Assembly: GCA_020029455.1 (NCBI GenBank) | Contig: JAIBJH010000003.1 | Span: forward strand, 1-58,177 | Direction of reading: 5' to 3' | Source: Hyphomicrobiales bacterium | Lineage (GTDB): Bacteria > Pseudomonadota > Alphaproteobacteria > Rhizobiales > Aestuariivirgaceae | DNA: 58,177 nt | In this document: positions 1 through 7,604 of the stretch, one piece after another | How the letters are laid out: each line of letters begins with the position of its first letter | Numbering within the stretch: the first letter of the stretch is position 1 | The notes under the pieces: model-generated | Told to the model about the DNA's origin: nothing | What the model saw: the letters and a program-made list of their open reading frames with translations, nothing else | Databases searched by the model: none | Made by a program: the position numbers and the translations under genes

Positions 1-264
1 GATCAGGGCCAAGTGGACGACGCTTTCCTTGGGCGCTGTGTCAAGACTCCGGAAGACGTCGGCTATTTCTTCCCCCGCGGCGAGGACATTTTCGGCATCA
101 AGGTCCGCGGCTTCTCCTCAGTCGGCAAATTCCTCGCATCGCGCCGTGCGTTGCGGGCCATCCGGGCGTTCAACCTGACGCACATGAACCGGGGCCGGAA
201 CGCCTACCAGGCGAGCCACTGCTACAGCCTGGCGGATCACATGCTGAGTGACGGGGGACGCTAA
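1..264 (+). CDS. Hypothetical protein, 3' end only (runs off the window edge)
   Basis: Frame is open from base 1 to TAA at 262-264 with GC3-rich codons; no motif recognised. Confidence 0.55.
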   Translation, partial: DQGQVDDAFLGRCVKTPEDVGYFFPRGEDIFGIKVRGFSSVGKFLASRRALRAIRAFNLTHMNRGRNAYQASHCYSLADHMLSDGGR

Positions 265-331
265 AAAACGGCCCAGAACATCGGAGCCGGCGGCGGCGCC
301 TTCCGAGCACGGGTGGATCGGCCCAATCATT

Positions 332-494
332 CGTCATTCCGTGCAAGCGCTGGAGATTGCGCCAGCAATCATACAGCGCGCGACACGGAACCCAGCTTTG
401 CATCCAGTTTGCCGTTTGGAAGAAAGCTGAGTTCCGGCTCGCGGGCCTCTCCCGCAATCCTTTCGGATTGCGACAGCCCTTGGCCGGAATGACG
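332..494. repeat. CGTC-tagged composite REP-like palindromic element
   Basis: Terminal inverted repeats CGTCATTCCG (332-341) and CGGAATGACG (485-494) enclose nested hairpins: TTCCGTG..CACGGAA, CAGCTTT..AAAGCTG, CGCAATCC-TTTC-GGATTGCG. Confidence 0.75.
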
Positions 495-595
495 GGACTG
501 GGGAGTCAGAGCCCCAGGCCGGGGGATGATTTCGGCCTCATCCCCAAGGCCATTCACGATGTCAATCAGCGGGGAGGCTTCCCTCCTGTGCACGA
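495..595 (-). ncRNA. Candidate structured small RNA or leader transcribed from the 601-630 promoter
   Basis: Lies directly downstream of a near-consensus promoter; three hairpins (573-586, 517-551, 498-517); no convincing ORF. Confidence 0.35.
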
Positions 596-600
596 TCAAC

Positions 601-630
601 ATATAGAACAGGACGATAGTCCCTGTCAAG
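601..630 (-). promoter_or_regulatory. Sigma70-type promoter with a palindrome in its spacer
   Basis: Minus strand reads cTTGACA-N17-CTATAT (629-624, 606-601), close to the rhizobial CTTGAC..CTATAT consensus; GGAC-N4-GTCC at 611-622. Confidence 0.65.
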
Positions 631-653
631 GATTATTTTCTAGAGGTGGGATT

Positions 654-1289
654 TTACTGGCTGGCCCAGATGATTCGCGCCATCCAGTCCACGTTCTTGG
701 CATCGAGCGTCTTCACCGGATGGTCCGGATTGAAAGAGGCAAGCTCGACCGAACGGGCCGACTGCTTCTGCAGGATCTTGGCCATGACCTGGCCGTCTCC
801 CGTACGCACCACCACGCGGTCGCCCTTCCTGATGGTTGCCCCCGGTGAGATGACGATGGTGTCGCCCTCGCGGTAGACGGGCACCATGGAATCACCGGTG
901 ATCTCGAGGGCATAGGCCGTGGTGTCGGTGACACCCGGCACCTCGACCTCATCCCAGCCCTGGCCGACGGGGAAACCCGAATCATCGAAGAAGCCGCCTC
1001 TGCCGGCCTTGGCAAAACCGATCAGCGGCAGGACGCGGCGCTTGGGCGGCGCGCCCTTCTTGCCGGAGAGGATTTCCATGTATTCATCAACCGAAGCGCC
1101 GGAGGCCTGGAGCACACTGGAAATTGATTCCATGGTGGGCCAGCGCGGCCTGCCATTGGGGCCGATGCGCTTTGAAGGGTTGAATGAAGTGGGGTCAAGC
1201 CCCGCCTTTTTGGCCAGCCCTGACGGCGAGAAGCCATAACGCTCGGCAATCACGTCAATAGCGTTCCAGACTTGCTTATGGCTGAACAT
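654..1289 (-). CDS. HTH transcriptional repressor with C-terminal peptidase S24 (LexA/CI-like) domain
   Basis: N-terminal HTH (SPSGLAKKAGLDPTSFN), Ala-Gly cleavage-type site (AKAG), catalytic Ser (GDSM) and Lys (MAK); start set at MFSHKQ. Confidence 0.9.
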   Translation of the reverse strand: MFSHKQVWNAIDVIAERYGFSPSGLAKKAGLDPTSFNPSKRIGPNGRPRWPTMESISSVLQASGASVDEYMEILSGKKGAPPKRRVLPLIGFAKAGRGGFFDDSGFPVGQGWDEVEVPGVTDTTAYALEITGDSMVPVYREGDTIVISPGATIRKGDRVVVRTGDGQVMAKILQKQSARSVELASFNPDHPVKTLDAKNVDWMARIIWASQ

Positions 1290-1324
1290 ATTACCTTTCC
1301 TCATAGCGATTTTCCACCTTGTTT

Positions 1325-1371
1325 AGGACAAAATACCTCAAATTCGGGGCGTTGTCCAGTAAAATCTTTCT
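1325..1371 (-). promoter_or_regulatory. Putative promoter of the S24 repressor flanked by two operator-like palindromes
   Basis: Minus strand TGGACA(1358-1353)-N17-TATTTT(1335-1330); AGGAC-N4-TACCT at 1325-1338 and AGTAA-N4-TTTCT at 1358-1371. Confidence 0.45.
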
Positions 1372-1398
1372 GCTAATTCCGAATTCAGGAACCCGTTC

Positions 1399-1740
1399 AT
1401 GGCGCTCGTTTATAAGATCATTCCGGCGGAAGGCTGGAGGCAGGCAAGGCTGGCCGGTGTCTTCATGGGCGCCGCCATAGACCTGGGTGACGGCTACATC
1501 CATCTTTCCGATGATTCGCAGGTGGCGGAAACGGCGCGGCGGCATTTTTCTGGACAAAATGACCTGCTGCTGGTGGCTTTCGAGGCCGATGCCCTTAAAA
1601 ACCTGAAATGGGAGTCATCGCGCGGCGGGGGGCTGTTCCCCCATGTCTACGGCACCATTGACCCCAGCGCCGCCCTCTGGGCCAAGCCGCTAGTGCTCAA
1701 GGACGGGGTTTTCGAATTTCCGGAGGGCTGGCGCGGATGA
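1399..1740 (+). CDS. DUF952 family protein
   Basis: YKI..., DGYIHLS and WESSRGGGLFPHVYG motifs; ATGA overlap with pyrD. Confidence 0.9.
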   Translation: MALVYKIIPAEGWRQARLAGVFMGAAIDLGDGYIHLSDDSQVAETARRHFSGQNDLLLVAFEADALKNLKWESSRGGGLFPHVYGTIDPSAALWAKPLVLKDGVFEFPEGWRG

Positions 1741-2825
1741 GCCTTGCCCGCCTTGGTTTTGCGCTGTCGCGGCCCCTGCTCTACAGCCTTGATGCCGAAC
1801 AGGCACATCGCCTTACCATCAAGGCGCTCTCCTGCCTGCCTTCAGCTGCACCGCCCGCTCCGCATCCACAGCTTTCGCAGAAACTCTTTGGCCTTGATTT
1901 CCCGAACCCGATTGGCCTTGCCGCGGGTTTCGACAAGAACGCCGAAGTGCCGGACCAGATGCTGGGTCTTGGTTTCGGATTTGTGGAGGTGGGCACGGTG
2001 ACGCCGCGGCCCCAGGACGGCAACCCCAAGCCCCGTCTGTTCCGGCTTTCGGAAGACCAAGCCGTCATCAACCGCATGGGCTTCAACAATGAAGGCCATG
2101 GCGCGGTGCGCCGCCGCCTGCAAGCGCGGGCGGCGCACCGCGGCATTGTCGGCGTCAATATCGGCGCCAACAAAGATAGCGCTGATCGCATGGCCGACTA
2201 TGTGTCGGGCCTTGTGGCGTTCGCGGAGCTTGCCGGCTACTTCACCATCAATATCTCATCGCCCAATACGCCAGGTTTGCGCAATCTTCAGTCTACGGAT
2301 GAATTGCAGAAGCTGCTGGAGCGGCTCAACGCAGCGCGTGCTGCATTCTCCAAACCTGTTCCGATGTTCCTTAAGATCGCGCCGGACCTTGGCAATGATG
2401 AACTGCAGGACATCGCCCGCTGCTGCGCAGGTGGTGCGGTCGATGCGGTGATCATTTCCAACACAACCCTATCGCGCCCTGCACTTCGCTCTCCACACCG
2501 CAGTGAAACCGGCGGGTTGTCGGGTCGGCCGCTGCGTTCCCTCTCAACACAGGCGCTCGCGCGCTTCTTCCTGGCGAGTAAAGGAAAGATTCCACTCATT
2601 GGCGTTGGAGGCATTGAAGATGCGGCAAGCGCCTTCGAGAAAATTCTTGCCGGGGCCTCGCTGCTGCAGGTCTATTCGGCGCTGGTCTATCGAGGCCCGG
2701 TGCTGGTGAAGGATGTGCTCAGCGGCCTGCCCGTGCTTCTGGCGTCCCGCGGCTTTGCCTCACTTGCAGAAGCGCGCGGCGCGGATGCGCCTGCTACCAG
2801 ACTGGACCCGGCAGATAGGACGTGA
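1737..2825 (+). CDS. pyrD: Quinone-dependent dihydroorotate dehydrogenase
   Basis: GLAAGFDKN, NRMGFNN, NISSPNTPGLR, LKIAPDL and GGLSG motifs. Confidence 0.97.
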   Translation: MSLARLGFALSRPLLYSLDAEQAHRLTIKALSCLPSAAPPAPHPQLSQKLFGLDFPNPIGLAAGFDKNAEVPDQMLGLGFGFVEVGTVTPRPQDGNPKPRLFRLSEDQAVINRMGFNNEGHGAVRRRLQARAAHRGIVGVNIGANKDSADRMADYVSGLVAFAELAGYFTINISSPNTPGLRNLQSTDELQKLLERLNAARAAFSKPVPMFLKIAPDLGNDELQDIARCCAGGAVDAVIISNTTLSRPALRSPHRSETGGLSGRPLRSLSTQALARFFLASKGKIPLIGVGGIEDAASAFEKILAGASLLQVYSALVYRGPVLVKDVLSGLPVLLASRGFASLAEARGADAPATRLDPADRT

Positions 2826-3729
2826 ATATCCTTGCGGTCTCGCCCTTGTCCTCAAGCTCATCAAGGGCTGCATCGAAAATATCCCGCAAGTTCTCGCGCC
2901 CCGGCCGCGTGAGATAAACGAGTTCGCGCGAGAAGCTGTCGCGGTCGACGAAGGACTTGCCCAGCGCCTGGCAGCATTTGCGCGAATTGGTTCCAGCAAG
3001 CCAATAGGAGACGGCAACGGAATCGCCGAAGACGGCATCGAGCGCACCCGTTCTCAGCGCCTCAAAAGCCGCATCAAGCGTATCAAAGGGCTGCAACTGC
3101 GATTTTGCGTAATAGCGCCTGAGGAAAAGCTCATGGGCAGTATTGCCGGCAAAGCCCAGCCGCTTGCCCGTCAATGCCCGCGCGTCATTGGAGGCGAGCG
3201 ATGCGCCCGCCCGTGCCACGAAGCGGCCGAGCGACAGGTAGTAGGGCTTGGTGAAGCGATAATCGCGGAGCATGGTTTCATCGAGCCTCATCCCCGAAAT
3301 GATGGCATCGCCCGTGCCACGGGAAAGAGCGGACTCAAGGTCAGCAAAGCCAAGCGGCAGCACGGTGCAGAGAAGCTTCGCTGCCCCGCATGCTGCAACA
3401 GCGAGGTCCACCGATATGCCCTGGGCCACGCCCTTCTCGTCGACAAAACTCCAGGGCGCGAAGTCCCTGTCGGTCAAGAGCACGAGCTTGCCGATCTCGG
3501 GGCTGAGGGGTCTGGCCGCTTCCTGGTCCTTGAAACGGAAACGCGGGAAGGATGATGGTGCATCCTCGGCCAAAGCGGGGGTGCATGCTGTTGCAATGAG
3601 AAGCAGAATGACGCAAAGTCGCGTTGCACCTTGAAGAGTGCGACGTCCGGAAATCGCGTCCTGCAGCCAATAACCAGGCCAATGGGGTAGCAGAAGTCTG
3701 GCGGTTAGTGGGACTTTGGCGTTTGGCAT
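2794..3729 (-). CDS. Polar amino-acid-type ABC substrate-binding domain protein (start uncertain)
   Basis: Signal-like RLCVILLLIATACTPALA, then DFAPWSF..G...GISVDLA, DAIISG and FTKPYY (family 3 SBP). Confidence 0.85.
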   Translation of the reverse strand: MPNAKVPLTARLLLPHWPGYWLQDAISGRRTLQGATRLCVILLLIATACTPALAEDAPSSFPRFRFKDQEAARPLSPEIGKLVLLTDRDFAPWSFVDEKGVAQGISVDLAVAACGAAKLLCTVLPLGFADLESALSRGTGDAIISGMRLDETMLRDYRFTKPYYLSLGRFVARAGASLASNDARALTGKRLGFAGNTAHELFLRRYYAKSQLQPFDTLDAAFEALRTGALDAVFGDSVAVSYWLAGTNSRKCCQALGKSFVDRDSFSRELVYLTRPGRENLRDIFDAALDELEDKGETARIFTSYLPGPVW

Positions 3730-5516
3730 ACTACTCATCTGAACGGCCGGCGAGGGCCTTAGCTGCGGCACTTGGGGCCACGAGGCTAGACGATTCCGGT
3801 TTTGCTGTCTTGCCATATGTGCCGGAGGCATGGCTTGACGATGCCTTCCACCGCCACGTGTCCGACGATCTCGTGTTGGTTCTCGGGCACAAGATCGTTC
3901 CGATCAGCTGGAACCCGCCGCTGGTGCTCCATGCGGTTGTCTCTGAGGAGGCCTGGCGTGAGGCACGCCGAATGGGGCTCAAAGTTGTGGCGCGGATCTC
4001 GCCTGCCGATTACCGGGCGGCGTTGCAGCGCCATCACGGCCGCCTTCTTCTGAAGATGGCGGTCTTCGGCCTCGCAAGACATCAGCCAGAGATGTCAGCC
4101 AGTGTAAGATTTTCGGCCCCGCAGGTTTTCGTTATCGCTGGACTTGTGGCTGGAGCGGCGTTGCTTGGCATGTTGAAAGGCGCAGGCGCGCTGTCCTTCG
4201 CCGCTGCGATTGCCGGCACCCTGTTCTTCGCCTTTATCGTGGCGATCCGGATCTATTGCCTGCTGCCGTTGCCGCGCCCGCCGGCACATGATCCGCCCGG
4301 TCTTAGAGATGAGGCGCTTCCGACCTATAGCGTGCTGGTCCCGCTCTTCAAGGAGACGGAGGTCCTCGGCCAATTGATCAGGGCGCTCATTGCGATCGAC
4401 TATCCAAAAGAAAAGCTCGACATCAAGCTCATCCTCGAGGAAGGCGATGTGCGTATGCATCAGGCGGTGGCGGAGTTTGCCTTGCCGCCGCATTTCGACA
4501 TTGTCATTGTTCCACAAGGCAACCCGCAGACAAAGCCGCGGGCGCTTTCGTATGCGCTGCAATTTGCCTGGGGCTCGCTGGTCACGATCTATGACGCCGA
4601 GGACATTCCCGATCTGCGGCAATTGCGCCAAGCGGCAGCGACCTTCGCGGTGGCGCCCAATGAGGTTGCCTGCCTGCAGGCGACTCTTTCCTTCTATAAT
4701 CCGGGTGACAACTGGCTTACCCGGCAATTCGCTGCCGAATATGCCGCCCTGTTCAGGATCATGCTGCCGGCCCTCGCAAAACGGGGGCTGCCAATCCTCT
4801 TGGGGGGAACGTCCAATCATTTCCGGCGGGAGGCGTTGGAAGCCTCCGGAGGATGGGATCCTTTCAATGTCACCGAGGATGCCGATCTTGGCCTGCGGCT
4901 GGCGCGCCTTGGCCTTCGCTGCGATGTCTTGTCCAGCAACACGCTGGAAGAGGCCAACATGGAACTGGGCAACTGGCTGAAGCAGCGCCGGCGCTGGCTC
5001 AAGGGTTTTCTGCAATGCTGGCTGGTGCATATGCGCCAGCCGCTGCGCCTTTACCGCGAGCTTGGCGCCTTCGGCTTCTGGACGACGCAATGCCTGACCT
5101 TCGGTGTCTTCTGCTCGGCCCTGCTTCACCCCTTCCTGCTGGCCTTCGGCATCTGGAACCTTACTCCGGACAGTATTGCGAAGCTTCCCAGTACGGTTCC
5201 TGCCTATTTGCTCGCAGGCACATCAGTTACGATTCTGATCGGTGGCTACGCCGTCGCCATGATCATGGCGGCGCGGGGGCTGGCGCTGGAAGGAATGAGG
5301 AGGCGCTGGAGCGTGATCGCCAGCCTGCCCTGTTACTGGCTGCTGATGTCGGTTGCCGCCTGGCTTGCCGTGTGGGACTTCGCCGTCTGGCCCTTCTATT
5401 GGCACAAGACGCGACATGGCCTTTCATCGATGGCGGTGACTTTCCCCGCCCGCATACGGAATGGCCGAAAGCCTACAGTAACCGGCCGTCAATTGAATTC
5501 AATTGACCGTCGATAA
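3708..5516 (+). CDS. Membrane GT2 processive glycosyltransferase (start uncertain, 3624-3740)
   Basis: YSVLVPLFKE, QTKPRAL, YDAED, GGTSNHF, TEDADLG and QRRRW motifs; multiple TM helices. Confidence 0.9.
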   Translation: MGLWRLAYYSSERPARALAAALGATRLDDSGFAVLPYVPEAWLDDAFHRHVSDDLVLVLGHKIVPISWNPPLVLHAVVSEEAWREARRMGLKVVARISPADYRAALQRHHGRLLLKMAVFGLARHQPEMSASVRFSAPQVFVIAGLVAGAALLGMLKGAGALSFAAAIAGTLFFAFIVAIRIYCLLPLPRPPAHDPPGLRDEALPTYSVLVPLFKETEVLGQLIRALIAIDYPKEKLDIKLILEEGDVRMHQAVAEFALPPHFDIVIVPQGNPQTKPRALSYALQFAWGSLVTIYDAEDIPDLRQLRQAAATFAVAPNEVACLQATLSFYNPGDNWLTRQFAAEYAALFRIMLPALAKRGLPILLGGTSNHFRREALEASGGWDPFNVTEDADLGLRLARLGLRCDVLSSNTLEEANMELGNWLKQRRRWLKGFLQCWLVHMRQPLRLYRELGAFGFWTTQCLTFGVFCSALLHPFLLAFGIWNLTPDSIAKLPSTVPAYLLAGTSVTILIGGYAVAMIMAARGLALEGMRRRWSVIASLPCYWLLMSVAAWLAVWDFAVWPFYWHKTRHGLSSMAVTFPARIRNGRKPTVTGRQLNSIDRR

Positions 5517-5589
5517 GTTGCTGTAGAACTTTGAACCTGGCACATCTTTCACTTCGCAAGTCACTCCACTTGCTCGTACGATGCGCTAG
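5473..5589 (+). repeat. RIME-like two-hairpin repeat or MITE, copy A
   Basis: 117 bp, about 82% identical (96/117 by hand, no gaps) to the reverse complement of 22503-22619; bounded by CTACAG...GCGCTAG. Confidence 0.85.
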
Positions 5590-6557
5590 CGTACGCCCAT
5601 AACGAGGATGATCGACGGGCCGAGGATGACGACGAAAATCACCGGCAGGAAGAAGAGGATCATCGGCACGGTCAGCTTGGGTGGCAGGGCTGCGGCTTTC
5701 CTTTCGGCGTCGGCCATGCGGGCATCGCGATTTTCCTGGGCGAGAACGCGAAGTGCGGTCCCCAAGGGCGTGCCATAACGTTCCGACTGAATAAGACTTG
5801 TCACAACGGAACGCACGGTTTCAAGGCCGACGCGCTTGCCGAGGTTGTCGAGTGCCCTGCGGCGGTCCTGGAGGTAGGACAGTTCGGCGATGGTCAGGGT
5901 GAGTTCTTCGGCAAGCGGTACCGACTGACTGCCGATCTCCTTGGCCACGCGGGCCAGAGAAGGCTCGAGCGCCATGCCCGATTCGACGCAGATGAGCAGC
6001 AGGTCAAGGGCATCTGACCAGGCTTTCTTGATCGATTTCTGGCGCTTGATGATCATGTTCTTGAGGCCGATGTTCGGCAGGTAGAAGCCGAAGACCATGC
6101 CAATCAGCGTGACGGCAACGCGCATGGAGGGCGAGACCTTGTCGGCAAAGACGGTCGAGGAATAGACGAAGGCAATGATGCCCAGAAGCACGGGAACGAT
6201 GGCCCGGATCGCCAGGAAGGTGATAAGGTTCTTCTCGGACCTATAGCCCGCTTGGCGCAGCTTTTCGCGCGATGTCTCGGCTTCGAAAACCTTCTTGAGG
6301 TTGAGGGCTTCGACCACCTGGGTATAGATGCTTGTCCGCGGCTTGTCGCGAAGCCTTGTTTCCGTGCCTGCCAGCTGAATGCGTTGGACAGAACGCAGGC
6401 GTTCTTTTTCTTCGGTCACAAGCTTCATGCGGCCTTTGAGCCTGTCGCCCTCGAAGTAGGGCGCCGTCAGGGTGATGACGGTTCCAAAGGCGGCAAGCCC
6501 GATCAGCAGCGTGATCAGGGTCTCCATCTGGAGCAGTGAATTGATGATGCCACCCAT
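5586..6557 (-). CDS. tadC: Tad pilus inner-membrane platform protein TadC (T2SSF family)
   Basis: DALDLLLICVESG, QSERYGTPL and KAAALPPKLTVPM motifs; position in the locus. Confidence 0.93.
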   Translation of the reverse strand: MGGIINSLLQMETLITLLIGLAAFGTVITLTAPYFEGDRLKGRMKLVTEEKERLRSVQRIQLAGTETRLRDKPRTSIYTQVVEALNLKKVFEAETSREKLRQAGYRSEKNLITFLAIRAIVPVLLGIIAFVYSSTVFADKVSPSMRVAVTLIGMVFGFYLPNIGLKNMIIKRQKSIKKAWSDALDLLLICVESGMALEPSLARVAKEIGSQSVPLAEELTLTIAELSYLQDRRRALDNLGKRVGLETVRSVVTSLIQSERYGTPLGTALRVLAQENRDARMADAERKAAALPPKLTVPMILFFLPVIFVVILGPSIILVMGVR

Positions 6558-6575
6558 GTCCGACCCGTGCCTGCC

Positions 6576-7583
6576 TTAAATCTCGAAGTTGATCATCTTG
6601 CGCATGACAAGGATGCCCATGGTCATCCACACGCCGCTGCCGATCAGCAGCATGTTGCCGATGTCCGTCTCGAACAGCGGATTGAGATAGTTCGGGTTGA
6701 GCAGCAGCAGGGCGCCCATGATGACGAAGGGCAGCGAGCCGATGATCGCGGCGGAAGACTTGGCTTCCTGGCTGACCGAGCGGATCTTGGCCTTCATCTT
6801 CTTGCGCTCGCGCAGAACCTTGGAGAGGTTGCCAAGGGCTTCCGACAGGTTGCCGCCGGTTTTTGACTGGATGGCCATGACGATGGCGAGGAAATTCACT
6901 TCGGCGAGCGGAATGCGCTCGACCATTCTTTCGATACCCTGGTCGAGCGAGATGCCGACGCGCTGGCCGTCGACGACCTCGACGAATTCCGGGCCCACCG
7001 GAGGGCCGGTTTCAGTGGCGATGATCTTCATGGCCTCGGAAACGGGCAAACCGGCCTTGAGGCCGCGCACCATCACGTCGATGGCATCGGCAAAATCATT
7101 GAGAAACTGATTCTGCCGGCGCTTGCGCAGGAAACCGAGGAACCAGCGCGGCAGGCCGAGAAAGCCGACGAAAGCCGAACCCACGGCAACCAGCAGCGGC
7201 GCGCCGAGAAACAGCGGCACGATGAACAACACTGCGCCGCAGATCAACGCAAAAACCCAGAAGGTGCGCGGCGAAATATCGAGCCCCGCCTGCTGGATCA
7301 GGGTGCGCAGGGTAATCTTCTTCTTGCGCTGCCGCTCTTCGTCCTCGATCGCCTTTAGAGAATCGGCGATCTGACGGCGGCGGGCATCCTTCTGGTCTTC
7401 CTGGAAGCGGCTGCGGAAGGAGTTGGATCTTACTTCCTTCTTGCCCGTTGATATCTGGTCGATGCGACGCTCGGCGGCGGAGCCTACGAGCATCGGGAAG
7501 AAAAGTGCGATCACCAGCCCGCCGACCGCAACCGCCACCATGAAGATGAGCGCGAAGTCTGATATGTCGGCGCCGAAGTTCAT
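6576..7583 (-). CDS. tadB: Tad pilus inner-membrane platform protein TadB
   Basis: DAIDVMVRGLKAGLP, GGNLSEAL and MRKMINF motifs. Confidence 0.93.
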   Translation of the reverse strand: MNFGADISDFALIFMVAVAVGGLVIALFFPMLVGSAAERRIDQISTGKKEVRSNSFRSRFQEDQKDARRRQIADSLKAIEDEERQRKKKITLRTLIQQAGLDISPRTFWVFALICGAVLFIVPLFLGAPLLVAVGSAFVGFLGLPRWFLGFLRKRRQNQFLNDFADAIDVMVRGLKAGLPVSEAMKIIATETGPPVGPEFVEVVDGQRVGISLDQGIERMVERIPLAEVNFLAIVMAIQSKTGGNLSEALGNLSKVLRERKKMKAKIRSVSQEAKSSAAIIGSLPFVIMGALLLLNPNYLNPLFETDIGNMLLIGSGVWMTMGILVMRKMINFEI

Positions 7584-7604
7584 GACCTCACCGATCCTTG
7601 AGAA

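Noticed and set aside
369-629. 86-aa minus-strand ORF
   Set aside because: Its start codon is the -35 hexamer itself and it runs through the REP palindrome; no recognisable protein features
654-1304. Prophage suggested by the CI-like repressor
   Set aside because: No integrase, structural or replication genes nearby; the neighbours are DUF952 and pyrD
2794-2825. Convergent overlaps pyrD/SBP (32 bp) and choV/deoB (9 bp) as possible truncations
   Set aside because: All four proteins appear to keep complete domains; ordinary 3' overlaps, unlike dctM/dctP
2713-3555. Long alternative ORFs (also 4095-5129, 11958-13169, 30567-31781, 37666-38523, 54215-55108)
   Set aside because: Antisense shadows of well-supported genes, as expected in GC-rich DNA
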